The position numbers and the translations under genes were made by a program. A stretch of DNA of 64,000 bases, taken from an uncultured archaeon (GTDB lineage: Archaea > Aenigmatarchaeota > Aenigmatarchaeia > GW2011-AR5). Where the stretch lies: positions 437 to 64,436 of the forward strand of contig CAYJVT010000003.1 in NCBI GenBank assembly GCA_964373695.1. Direction: 5' to 3'. The notes below the pieces were generated by a model, which saw nothing but the letters and a program-made list of their open reading frames with translations, made no database searches and had not been told where the DNA came from. Positions 9,801 through 18,080 of the stretch are shown here, piece after piece. Each line of letters opens with the position of its first letter. The first letter of the stretch is position 1.

Positions 9801-10862
9801 ATCACATCTAAAAATTAATTCAGGAACGACTTTTTCTGACGAATTTGAGCCTATTTTTAAATCAAACGACTCTTCTAGCACTATTTGGAGTGGCTTTGAG
9901 AACAAAATAACGTCTTTTGTATCCCCTTTATACGAAAATACATTTGCTTCAACTCCAAGGTGATTTTTGCATATTTCGACGAAGTCCGATATAAGCTCCT
10001 CATCATCGTTTACAAACCATAACTGATTTGAATCCGTAGACCTGCCTTCTGATATCATGTAGCCAAGAAAACGGGCCATTTCGCTTGAAATACTCGGGAT
10101 TTTTATGGCTTTATTTTGGTTTTTTGATTTGACATTGTCTATATCTAACTTCAGTCTGTATTTATCTGAAAGCTTTTTCAAATAATCATGGCGAATAGAT
10201 CGACCATCGAAAAGCCCCTTGATTGCGGCATGTGGAATGCCGGATTCTTTGGCGAATTCTCTGTAGGTTAAATGTCTTTTCTTTATTTCCACCTTTATCG
10301 CGGTTTTTAATTCATCTGAATACGGAACATAAAGATTTTCAAAATTCCTTTGCGAAGATGAAAAAACAGATTTTTCAAATATTGGTATGATTCTTGGAAC
10401 AGCAATCCTCTTCCCGATTTTTATCTCTTCTGCCTTGAGAGAAAAGATGCCATTTTCATTAATGCCAAAGAAAGGATGATAAGGAGTAGCTATTACCTCT
10501 CTTCCGGAACGGGTTTTTATATGCAGCAGCTTATCCGGGGATTTTCTTTTTATAAATGCCTTTATCGGATGTGATGATATTTTAAGATTTTTGTCAAGCG
10601 TGAGTATTTTAGTTTCATCGCCTTCTCCGATAAAACCGTCTTCTATCTCCGAAACTTTTTTTGACTTTTCTAGTCTGCTTTCTACCAGTTTCCCTATCTT
10701 CACTATTCCGCCGTCTGACAGGGTAACAAGACTGTCATAATGGAGGCATTTTCCGGAGCCGTTCGGCCCTGCTATGACATTGAAACCGTCGGGGAAGGGT
10801 ATCATGACCTTTCCAGCGAACGACTTGAATCCCTGCATCGTTATCCTGTCTAATCTCACCAT
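6813..10862 (-). CDS. smc: Chromosome segregation ATPase SMC, interrupted by a 543-aa intein in the Walker A motif
   Basis: N-terminal FNVIAGPNGSGK then Cys plus intein, resuming SNVIDAITFVLG. Long Lys/Glu-rich coiled coils, hinge (GIRGTLMSLLSV...), C-terminal signature LSGGEKTLTSLAFLFAI and Walker B FYVLDEIDAALD. The extein is about 806 aa, normal SMC size. Confidence 0.9.
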   Translation of the reverse strand: MVRLDRITMQGFKSFAGKVMIPFPDGFNVIAGPNGSGKCLHYDSLVTLSDGGIVKIGKLVESRLEKSKKVSEIEDGFIGEGDETKILTLDKNLKISSHPIKAFIKRKSPDKLLHIKTRSGREVIATPYHPFFGINENGIFSLKAEEIKIGKRIAVPRIIPIFEKSVFSSSQRNFENLYVPYSDELKTAIKVEIKKRHLTYREFAKESGIPHAAIKGLFDGRSIRHDYLKKLSDKYRLKLDIDNVKSKNQNKAIKIPSISSEMARFLGYMISEGRSTDSNQLWFVNDDEELISDFVEICKNHLGVEANVFSYKGDTKDVILFSKPLQIVLEESFDLKIGSNSSEKVVPELIFRCDGDIIKNFLSALFEGDGYFNLGSGQTYFEYSTASKELAEGIQQLLLRLGILSVIKEKIKYASNTKRKIKRKYHSIYVYGESLKILIENIELKGRKKETADKIKRLEFVRNSNIDTIPDINAIIKSLVRECKISIKKTRSECPKLAAYYEDRCACSRNGIREIVEVIKKYGSITPRASALMNQLLLIADSDILWDEIIEIKETKPSEWVYDLTVDETHNYIANGFFVHNSNVIDAITFVLGTTSARSIRAEKLQNLLFNGARDRKPADFCEVSLYLDNSDDKIPGEKEMKVSRKITRSGISVYKINGRNTTRAKVLDILSYANLFTEGYNIIMQGDVTKIIEMSAQERRSILDEISGISEFDEKKQKASIELEKVESRVKENMIVVAEKQRLVERLKQEKEVAEKYIMLSDELKKSKASLVRKKLSDAEEKYSLIDTEIKSGEESFGVLESEFESVEKELEKKEKNVFRKSDELIKKSRNYDIQRKIDGMQTEIIRKNDRIDLIDRELERLRELSAGRQNPAVKEVLKLGHPGIRGTLMSLLSVPKRYEIAIQVAVGRHADDIVVDDDDVASECVRMLKEKRIGRARFLPLNKIRGGKRKDVRGDYIGWASDLVKFNKDCLPAVDYVLGSTVITDSLDKARRLGRLRAATLDGDLIEASGAIIGGFYRKKAGDQYSGHVAKAEEEKGALEAEVSGLESKLEELKGQEQEETKEVTKLQEEKSAEEKEIDGMRKKRKELYEQRLVQQSRVSKLRIEKARLEASLDNFRIEFGEYRDVQEFYDKSVDELQEKLRFCVIEINRLGPINMRAIEEYGTIGVEFDEMKRKLEKLLEEKDAILRIVHEVEKRRYDKFMEVMVKIRENFAKIYEDLTGGIGILRLEEENNIDTGLVIEASPMGKRVVNLDAMSGGEKTLTSLAFLFAIMQYSSAPFYVLDEIDAALDKANTKKIAGLIKKYSAQVQFIVISHNDITIQEADKVFGVSIEGGVSKVFGIDMTRAG
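9120..10748 (-). mobile_element. Intein with LAGLIDADG-type homing endonuclease domain inside the SMC P-loop
   Basis: Begins CLHYDSLVTLSDGG (block A) and has a TxxH block (IATPYHPFF). Two LAGLIDADG-like motifs (FLGYMISEGR, LSALFEGDGYF). Ends VYDLTVDETHNYIANGFFVHN followed by extein Ser. The intein DNA is markedly more AT-rich than the flanking extein. Confidence 0.85.
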
Positions 10863-10866
10863 AAAA

Positions 10867-11013
10867 TCACTTTTTCTTTTTCTCCCTCAGCTTCTCAAAG
10901 ACTGCATTGTTTATGAATGCTGCAACAGAAGGGTACTGGTATCTGTTCTCTTCCTTCCTGAGAAAGTTCTTTATCTCCTCGAGAAGCTTTTCATCAATTC
11001 TTACTACCGGCAT
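10867..11013 (-). CDS. Ribbon-helix-helix (CopG/MetJ-like) small DNA-binding protein, 48 aa; absent from ORF track
   Basis: Manual translation gives MPVVRIDEKLLEEIKNFLRKEENRYQYPSVAAFINNAVFEKLREKKKK. N-terminal beta-strand plus two helices typical of RHH. It ends 5 nt before the smc start on the same strand. Confidence 0.5.
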   Translation of the reverse strand: MPVVRIDEKLLEEIKNFLRKEENRYQYPSVAAFINNAVFEKLREKKKK

Positions 11014-11084
11014 CCCATCGACCTTCTGTTACACTTAGTTACTACAAATTACTTTATGTAACATTAAATATAAAGGCAACGGAG

Positions 11085-12386
11085 CTAGTAGATGTATCCC
11101 CAGGTCTGGAGCTTGTCCGAATCGTAGTACCATCTGAGGCCTATGTCCGTCCTGTAGAACATGTTGGGTATCATGATGTTATTCACCCGGTGATACGCCT
11201 GCTTCCTGGCGGCGTCCATGGTGCTGCCGGAGCCCGTGACAACGAGAGCGTATCCCGAATTGCCAGCCAGACGCCAGTCATCGTCCACGAACTTCACATC
11301 GCCCAGATGGATGCCGCCCATGTTGGGTTTCTTGAATAGTATGGCCGCGTCTTCAGAATAGCGCTTGAATGCGATAGGGTCATTGAAAGGAAACGGCGGT
11401 ACGGCAATGACGACGCCTAGCTGGAATCCTCTCTTCGTCTTCAAGTCGTATTTCTGCCTGCTTGCAATTGCATACAGAAATTCCCCCCACGGGCTGATAA
11501 CGCCTTCCATTACGATGCTTATATGTGGATAACCGAAACGCGACGTGAATTCGAGAGGATATATACCCTTTGAATTCACTATGCAGTTTATGTCGATATA
11601 ACCCACATATCCGCTCTCGGCAAGCTTTTCCTTCATTTTCAAAAGAGTTTGGTTGAATATCACATTAGGCTGCGAATAATACATGGATGTCCCCATCTCG
11701 CCAGTGCTGGGTCCTATCTCCCCAGGGAACATCCTTTTGTGCTCAAAATTTATGTTTATGGGAGTTATGAAATCCATGCCGTTGAAAAACGCTCCTATTG
11801 CAACCTCGACTCCTGAGGCGTATTTCTGGAGCTGGAAAATCTTTATCTTGTTGGACCAGTTCTTTTTGTAGTGCTCAAGGACCTGGATGACGTCCCTGCC
11901 GTCGTCTTCCTGTCCTATAAAGAGGAGCTCCTTCTCGTTCTGCGCAAGACCGCTGGGTTTCAATACATACCTTCCTGGACTATCCTTTATGAATTTTATA
12001 GCTTCCTCGAAATCGGTAAAATTCCAGTTTGGAAGCGTCATTATCCCCACCTTCTTCATCTCTTCCTGCCCGAATTCCCTGCTAAGCTCCAGTTTGTCGG
12101 TGTATGACGAACCGCCTATGACAAGCTTCCCCTCCTTCCTTAGCCTGTCAGCAATTTCCCCGAATTCAGTATCGTCAAATACTATCACGTCCGCCCAATC
12201 CGCATGCTCTTTCCACGAGTCCACCTTGTCAACAAAGCCATCGCATACGTCCCTCTGGTCCTTCTTAATTATGCAATACTTCACTTCATGGCCTTCTTTC
12301 TTTATCTGCCATGCAAGGTCGTTTATGAGAGCTTCATTTGAAACAAAAAGAAATTTCTTCCCACCGTTCTTCCCGTTTTTTTCCAT
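11085..12386 (-). CDS. PurD-like ATP-grasp enzyme (phosphoribosylamine--glycine ligase family), orphan
   Basis: ATP-grasp core with GEIGPSTGEMGTS, resembling the PurD GDxGPNTGGMG motif. No other purine-synthesis genes are nearby. The likely start is the internal Met (MEKNGKNGGKKFLFVSNE). Confidence 0.5.
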   Translation of the reverse strand: MEKNGKNGGKKFLFVSNEALINDLAWQIKKEGHEVKYCIIKKDQRDVCDGFVDKVDSWKEHADWADVIVFDDTEFGEIADRLRKEGKLVIGGSSYTDKLELSREFGQEEMKKVGIMTLPNWNFTDFEEAIKFIKDSPGRYVLKPSGLAQNEKELLFIGQEDDGRDVIQVLEHYKKNWSNKIKIFQLQKYASGVEVAIGAFFNGMDFITPININFEHKRMFPGEIGPSTGEMGTSMYYSQPNVIFNQTLLKMKEKLAESGYVGYIDINCIVNSKGIYPLEFTSRFGYPHISIVMEGVISPWGEFLYAIASRQKYDLKTKRGFQLGVVIAVPPFPFNDPIAFKRYSEDAAILFKKPNMGGIHLGDVKFVDDDWRLAGNSGYALVVTGSGSTMDAARKQAYHRVNNIMIPNMFYRTDIGLRWYYDSDKLQTWGYIY

Positions 12387-12522
12387 GCTACAAGTAATGT
12401 ACACGCTTGAATATAAATTAATTAAAATTTCCGGAAAAATTTTTGGCTCACGATGACATCGGTTTAACGATATTTTCCGCAAAAATCATCCAAATACACT
12501 AATTACAGAACTCCATAATGAT

Positions 12523-13365
12523 ATGTATAAGAAATTTAGCCTGCTTATCATATCAATGATATATGACGAGTCGACCAGAACGGCCGTAGATTTCTACGGC
12601 GGCAACGTAATTCTTTATCCCGTGAATTCCAAGATATACGAGGGAAAAACCGATTTCCAGGACGTCTATATACTCGACACCAAGTCCTTCGGAAAGATGC
12701 TGGTTCTTGACGGCGATATGCAGTCATGCCAGTCGGACGAGCACCTTTACCACGAGGCGCTTGTGCAGCCGGCAATGCACCTGCATCCAGGAGCCAAGAG
12801 CGTCCTGGTTCTCGGAGGCGGCGAGGGCGCGACCCTGAGGGAGGCTCTCAAGCACGGTGTAGACAGGGTTGTGATGGTCGACATAGACGAGAGGCTGGTG
12901 GAGATATGCAAGCAGCACCTTCCTGAATGGCATGCCGGATGCTTCTCGGACAAACGGGCCGAACTGCTCTATACCGATGCATTCAGGTATGTCGAGGATT
13001 GCAAGGAGAAGTTCGACGTGATAATAATAGACGTCACTGACCCTTCAAGCAGCATAGCCAAGCATGTCTTTTCCGAGAAGTTCTACGATTCATTGAAAGA
13101 AATAATGGAAAAAGGCGCCATATGCGCTTTCCAGGCCGGAGACTTCATGAAGCCTGATATTTACAATAAAATCCTGGAACAGATGAGGAAATGTTTCGGC
13201 TTTGCGTATCCGTACAAGAATTTCATCCCGTCTTTTTATACCGAGTGGGGATTCATTTTGGCTTCAACGGAGAAAACCGATACGGATAATCTAAGAGCGT
13301 TTCCAGTTAAAAACAGGTTCTATACAGGTGTTTCTCACAGGTCGATGTTTTCAGTCGATAAATAG
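12523..13365 (+). CDS. speE: Spermidine synthase / polyamine aminopropyltransferase
   Basis: VLVLGGGEGATLREALKH and VVMVDIDERLVEICKQHLPEW motifs of the SpeE family. Confidence 0.8.
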   Translation: MYKKFSLLIISMIYDESTRTAVDFYGGNVILYPVNSKIYEGKTDFQDVYILDTKSFGKMLVLDGDMQSCQSDEHLYHEALVQPAMHLHPGAKSVLVLGGGEGATLREALKHGVDRVVMVDIDERLVEICKQHLPEWHAGCFSDKRAELLYTDAFRYVEDCKEKFDVIIIDVTDPSSSIAKHVFSEKFYDSLKEIMEKGAICAFQAGDFMKPDIYNKILEQMRKCFGFAYPYKNFIPSFYTEWGFILASTEKTDTDNLRAFPVKNRFYTGVSHRSMFSVDK

Positions 13366-13367
13366 GC

Positions 13368-13733
13368 TTATCTCTTTATGATTTTCCTTTTGTATCTCTC
13401 GTGGGTGAAACACTCGATGGCGGATTCTATAGCGGCCTCAGCTTTTTTCCTCCCGGCGCATGAGAATATGTCCATCGCGATGAACCTTTTTTCAGGCCAT
13501 GTGTGTACCGATATATGGGACTCAGAAAGAAGTATTATGCCGGTCACGCCGGACGGCTTGAACTGGTGGAATTTTTCCCCCACGGCATTCATTCCGGATT
13601 TCTTTACAATATCATAAAGACGGGTCTTTACCTCGTTAACTTCAGACGTCTCGCTTTCCTTGCAGCCTTCCAAATTTATAATTGCGTGATAAAGATTCAA
13701 TCCGCTGCTTACAGAGTCTCTTTTCACCAACAT
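13368..13733 (-). CDS. speH: S-adenosylmethionine decarboxylase proenzyme (pyruvoyl-dependent)
   Basis: LSESHISVHTWPE self-processing motif. The 121-aa length is typical of archaeal and bacterial SpeH. Confidence 0.8.
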   Translation of the reverse strand: MLVKRDSVSSGLNLYHAIINLEGCKESETSEVNEVKTRLYDIVKKSGMNAVGEKFHQFKPSGVTGIILLSESHISVHTWPEKRFIAMDIFSCAGRKKAEAAIESAIECFTHERYKRKIIKR

Positions 13734-13793
13734 ACCGCTTTTCAGAGAGATTTATTTCGCCTCCATGCTTAGTAAAATAAATTATTTTCATTG

Positions 13794-14291
13794 TTAAAAT
13801 ACTTTTGCCTTAATTCCATTAAGCACGTAATCCGGAATTATCCCCATTTTTATGTATTTTCTTTTCACTGATGCAGGCAATAGCCTGAATTCTTTCACTA
13901 TTTTTCTGCAGCCCCTGCTCCCGCAAATACATTTCATCTCCCAACTGTCCTTGTACATGGTTGTCGAGTAATCGAACGTTATTTCCTCGCCTTTAGATAT
14001 ATCCCTCAGAGATACGAGAGCGGCGCGTTTTCCATCTATCTTCACCCACGAATTCGGATTGCATGAATGGTTTACGTAATTGTCGGCGGTTCTGGAAGGA
14101 GCGATATACAGGTCGTCCCCTACCTGGAGATAATGATTGTTGTCAGACGCGAATCCAGGAGGATTGCTGCTTCCGCGGAAAATCTTTCCATGAAAACGGA
14201 CTAAAGTTTCCCCTTTTTTGAAGTTTCTGCCAGAAAAAACACCCTTCCCCCTATCAGTCCGTTTTACTATAAAATCCTTCATTGATTTCAA
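13794..14291 (-). CDS. SET-domain protein lysine methyltransferase
   Basis: Hallmark SET motifs NHSCNPN and EEITFDY, plus a post-SET Cys cluster (CICGSRGCR). Confidence 0.8.
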   Translation of the reverse strand: MKSMKDFIVKRTDRGKGVFSGRNFKKGETLVRFHGKIFRGSSNPPGFASDNNHYLQVGDDLYIAPSRTADNYVNHSCNPNSWVKIDGKRAALVSLRDISKGEEITFDYSTTMYKDSWEMKCICGSRGCRKIVKEFRLLPASVKRKYIKMGIIPDYVLNGIKAKVF

Positions 14292-14337
14292 TATTGCTCA
14301 TCTCCATATAAGAACTTGACACTCATAATGATTTGAT

Positions 14338-14925
14338 ATGATAATATCCAGAGCAGCCGAGGCCGTCATAACCAAGGAAGGCGGCGAAACCGTTAAAACG
14401 AGGGTGAAAAAAGGCTATAGGATAAGCGAGCTTGATGATGCCATACGGAGGAAAAGGACCCGCATGGAGGCTAGGCTCATATCAGAGGCGAGGCGTTCTG
14501 GAATAAAGACGCCTTCCGTCGCTGGCCACGACGAATTCTCCATCAGGATGAAATACATACAAGGAAAGAAAGTCCGAGATTGCATGAACGCCAAGAACTG
14601 CGACGAACTTGCGTTCCGGATGGCGGACTCCCTGGCGAAACTTCACAATGCCGGCATAATACACGGCGACCCCACGACAAGCAACATGATAGTAAAAGAC
14701 AGGGAAGTCTACACCATAGATTTCGGTCTCGGCTTCCGCTCCGAGAGGGCCGAAGACAAGGCCACCGACCTTTATCTTCTACACGAGGCCATAGAATCGG
14801 TCCATTGCGAGATACTAGACAGGGCCTGGAAAACGATTTTAAAAGTTTATCGGAAAAAGAGTAAAGACAGCGCAAGCGTATTCAGAAGCCTGAAAAGGAT
14901 AGAGAAGAGGCGCAGATACAGGTAA
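14338..14925 (+). CDS. bud32: Kae1-associated kinase Bud32 (KEOPS subunit)
   Basis: Small RIO-like kinase with HGDPTTSNMIV and IDFGLG motifs. Confidence 0.75.
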   Translation: MIISRAAEAVITKEGGETVKTRVKKGYRISELDDAIRRKRTRMEARLISEARRSGIKTPSVAGHDEFSIRMKYIQGKKVRDCMNAKNCDELAFRMADSLAKLHNAGIIHGDPTTSNMIVKDREVYTIDFGLGFRSERAEDKATDLYLLHEAIESVHCEILDRAWKTILKVYRKKSKDSASVFRSLKRIEKRRRYR

Positions 14926-14930
14926 ACAAA

Positions 14931-15377
14931 ATGGCACGAATGCACAGCAGAAAACACGGAAAACACGGCTCGCACAAGCCGCCGAGAAAGAAGCATGTTT
15001 GGATGGCTTACGAGAAGGACGAGACAGAAAAGCTCATAGCGAAGCTCGCAAAGGACGGAAACAGCTCGGCCGTCATAGGGACGATTCTGAGGGACCAGTA
15101 CGGAATACCCGATGTCAGAGTTTTCGGCATCCGCGTCAGGAAAATAGCGGAAAAGGAAACCGGCGAGCAGATGATGGAAGACATGTACAATCTCATGGTG
15201 AAGGCCGTGAACCTATACAAGCACATGGATGCCAACAAAGGGGATGCAAAGGCGAAACACGGCCTTGAATTGCTGGAGTCAAAGATAAGGCGCCTCGGAA
15301 AATACTATGCAAGGGAAGGCAAGCTTCCAAAGGGCTGGAAATACAGCATCGACGAGGCAAAGCTTCTCGTGAAGTAA
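14931..15377 (+). CDS. rps15: 30S ribosomal protein S15 (uS15)
   Basis: MARMHSRKHGKHGSHKPPRKK N-terminus and conserved C-terminal helix bundle. Confidence 0.9.
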   Translation: MARMHSRKHGKHGSHKPPRKKHVWMAYEKDETEKLIAKLAKDGNSSAVIGTILRDQYGIPDVRVFGIRVRKIAEKETGEQMMEDMYNLMVKAVNLYKHMDANKGDAKAKHGLELLESKIRRLGKYYAREGKLPKGWKYSIDEAKLLVK

Positions 15378-15413
15378 CTGCAACTCTTTAGTCGTTTTAC
15401 TTCATATATAATC

Positions 15414-16763
15414 ATGCAGCAGAAGATAACCAGGAGCCAGATTCTGCAGTATTATTCCGATGAAAGGATATCTAGCCAGATATTCCGCTATTCAACCGGC
15501 CGCGAGGTTGCAGGGGCATTGTGGGACGGAAGCTACGACAAGAGGCCCAACATGCTCCAGTTCCCTTCGGACGTTGTGCAGATGGCAAGGAAGGGCATAA
15601 CGTCTTTTCATTACTCCGCCGAAAGGTGGAGCAATCCGATGGCCCTCACTTCATCCAATTACAGCGAGCTGAGGACAGGATGGGATGTAGTAATAGACAT
15701 AGATTCCAAGAAGGGCCTGGACGAATCCAAAACCGGCGCCATGCTCGTCTGCAGATTCCTCGATAAGTACGGCATAAAGAACCACACGGTAAAATTCTCC
15801 GGAAGGCGCGGATTCCACATAATATTATCGTGGGAGATGTTCCCAACAGAGATAGACGACAAGCCGCTTTCTAAGCTGTATCCTGAGGTGCCGAGGATAA
15901 TAGCAGGCTTCATACGGGAGCGGATACAGGAGGACATGAAGCTGGAGCTCGGCACGCCCGAGCCCTATAGCGTCGTCGAGATAGAGAAGGACTGGGGGAA
16001 CAGGCATATGTTCCGCGCGCCCTTCAGCTTCAACGAGAAGACATGGCTCGTCTCCCTCCCCATAAGGGCTTCGGAAATCAGGAGTTTCGAACCCGAACAG
16101 GCGGCGTTCGACAAAGTCCTCTCTATGGAAGAGCATATTGGCATAATGGAGGCGGAGAAGGACGAGGCTTCCAACCTGCTCCTGGATGCGGTGGACTGGA
16201 ACGCCTCGACAAAGCTCTATGATGAGAAAAAGCCGCCGAGAGGGAAAAAGTTCGATGGGCGCATAGGTGAGGACGCTTTTCCGCCGTGCATGAAGGCCAT
16301 CCTGGGCGGGATGAGCGACGGCAGGAAGAGGAGCGTTTTCACCCTCATAAACTTCCTGCGCATGATGAACTGGACGATGGAGGAAATAGAGCAGAGGGTG
16401 TATGAGTGGAACGAGAAGAATTCCCCGCCCCTGCCTAGGGTGGTAATTGCGGGCCAGCTGAACCATGCTGTCAGGAGGGAAAAGGCCCCGCCGGCCAACT
16501 GCAGCCTTTCCATGTACTATTCAGACATAGGGATATGCAGGCCCGACTCCATATGTCTTGGAAGGAATAAAATTCCTTCAATATCTCAGATAACTCCGTT
16601 CTCTGCAGACGGGCGCGGCACTTCCGAGATAAAGATAAAGAACCCCGTCAACTACCCATTCAGGCGTCCCGGAACAAGGAAAAAGCGCGGCTTTTCCTGC
16701 ATATGCGGCGAGGAGTTCGAAACGATGAAAGCCCTGAACAACCACAAGTCAAGGAATCATTAA
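15414..16763 (+). CDS. priS: DNA primase small (catalytic) subunit PriS
   Basis: Catalytic motifs VVIDIDSKKG (DxD) and FSGRRGFHI (SGxRGxH). C-terminal Cys/His zinc-binding tail. Confidence 0.8.
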   Translation: MQQKITRSQILQYYSDERISSQIFRYSTGREVAGALWDGSYDKRPNMLQFPSDVVQMARKGITSFHYSAERWSNPMALTSSNYSELRTGWDVVIDIDSKKGLDESKTGAMLVCRFLDKYGIKNHTVKFSGRRGFHIILSWEMFPTEIDDKPLSKLYPEVPRIIAGFIRERIQEDMKLELGTPEPYSVVEIEKDWGNRHMFRAPFSFNEKTWLVSLPIRASEIRSFEPEQAAFDKVLSMEEHIGIMEAEKDEASNLLLDAVDWNASTKLYDEKKPPRGKKFDGRIGEDAFPPCMKAILGGMSDGRKRSVFTLINFLRMMNWTMEEIEQRVYEWNEKNSPPLPRVVIAGQLNHAVRREKAPPANCSLSMYYSDIGICRPDSICLGRNKIPSISQITPFSADGRGTSEIKIKNPVNYPFRRPGTRKKRGFSCICGEEFETMKALNNHKSRNH

Positions 16764-16788
16764 ATAATTTCATGGGTTTCATAGTCTT

Positions 16789-17322
16789 ATGCTCACTTTC
16801 GACAAGATACGCGACATGGAAAGGGCGGAGCGCGACAGCAGGAAGCTCCAGCGCATCCCGGAGGACTTCATAGAGCAGCTGAGGGACTACATAAACAGGA
16901 AGGAGTCCATAAAGGAGAAAACGCTCTCCGACATGAACGAGCTTGAGCGCATACGGGACAGCATACGGAAAATATTCGAGATGCGCCAGAAAAAGATGCT
17001 TGAATATGTCTTCGAGACTACAACCGGGGGGAACCCGCCCGATTCGCTGACAAATCAGGAGTCGGAGCTGTTCGAGAGGCTTGTCGACATCGTCAACGGA
17101 TTCCGCCAGTCCGTTGTCAATGAGATAAACAGGAAGGAGAGCGTCGTGGCCGAAGAAGCGAAGGCGGAAAGGAAGGATTTCTACAGGGTTCTGACCGATT
17201 TGCCCGAGTTCGTAGGACCGGACATGAAGACTTACAAGCTCAGGAAAAATGAAATCATACAGCTGTCAAAGCCTTTAAATGAGTTCTTGCTGAAAAAAGG
17301 TGTTATTGGAAAGGCCGATTAG
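16789..17322 (+). CDS. Probable GINS subunit (Gins51/Gins15-like)
   Basis: About 177 aa, helical A-domain followed by a small C-terminal domain. Sits immediately downstream of priS, the conserved archaeal gins51 context. The assignment is by context and architecture only. Confidence 0.35.
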   Translation: MLTFDKIRDMERAERDSRKLQRIPEDFIEQLRDYINRKESIKEKTLSDMNELERIRDSIRKIFEMRQKKMLEYVFETTTGGNPPDSLTNQESELFERLVDIVNGFRQSVVNEINRKESVVAEEAKAERKDFYRVLTDLPEFVGPDMKTYKLRKNEIIQLSKPLNEFLLKKGVIGKAD

Positions 17323-17323
17323 C

Positions 17324-17620
17324 ATGAAAATCCCCAAATCCCAGAAAAAATACTGCCCTTTCTGCAGAAAGCACACACAGCATATCCTGGAAGAGGCGAA
17401 AAGAAGGCCCAGGAGGCAGAACACGAAGAGCCAGAGGCGGTTCCTGAGGAAGATGGCCGGCTACGGCTCGTTCCCAAAGGAGAATCCGAAGGGCAGGGAG
17501 AAGCCCACGCGCAAGCTGGATTTCAGGTACAAGTGCACCGTATGCGGCAAGAAGCACGCCACAGGAACCGGATTCAGGGTAAAGAAAGTCGAAATGACAG
17601 TCCCGGAAAAGAAACAGTGA
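17324..17620 (+). CDS. rpl44e: 50S ribosomal protein L44e (eL42)
   Basis: MKIPKSQKKYCPFCRKHTQH...CTVCGKK zinc-ribbon ribosomal protein. Start placed at the internal Met. Confidence 0.85.
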   Translation: MKIPKSQKKYCPFCRKHTQHILEEAKRRPRRQNTKSQRRFLRKMAGYGSFPKENPKGREKPTRKLDFRYKCTVCGKKHATGTGFRVKKVEMTVPEKKQ

Positions 17621-17624
17621 TAAC

Positions 17625-18077
17625 ATGGTCCTTGAGAGCATAGCCGCATCATTCAGCCCCATTGTGTTTGTTTCAATTTATTCGGCAGCGATACTGGTTC
17701 TGATAAACATATTCTACAGGATTCTGGTCAACCAGACAAAGGCCAAAGAGGCAAAGGACACGATAGCGGAGCTGAGCAAGAAGATGAAGGAGAACCAGAA
17801 GTCCGGGAACAAGGAAGAAGCCAGCAAAGCCATGAGCCGGATGATGCAGGAGCAGGGCGCGCTCATGCGAATGAGCATGAAGCCCATGATTGTATCACTC
17901 GTGATAGTCATAATATTCTTGCCGGTCCTTTCCGGCCTCTACAACGGCATTACTGTGGCCAGTCTGCCGCTCCCGCTTCCTATGGTGAACCAGAGCGTCG
18001 GATGGCTCGGGTGGTACATAATATTTTCAATACCCGCGGCCATCGTGATAAGAAAACTAATGAAGATAAGCGTGTGA
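17625..18077 (+). CDS. DUF106/EMC3-type membrane protein (archaeal YidC/Oxa1-like insertase candidate)
   Basis: TM1, a charged coiled-coil segment (KAKEAKDTIAELSKKMKENQKSG), then MMQEQGALMRMSMKPM and two more TM helices. This is the DUF106 architecture. Confidence 0.55.
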   Translation: MVLESIAASFSPIVFVSIYSAAILVLINIFYRILVNQTKAKEAKDTIAELSKKMKENQKSGNKEEASKAMSRMMQEQGALMRMSMKPMIVSLVIVIIFLPVLSGLYNGITVASLPLPLPMVNQSVGWLGWYIIFSIPAAIVIRKLMKISV

Positions 18078-18080
18078 GAG

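Noticed and set aside
10774-11061. 95-aa plus-strand ORF
   Set aside because: It overlaps the smc start and the RHH gene. The minus-strand RHH reading has a recognisable fold and operon context.
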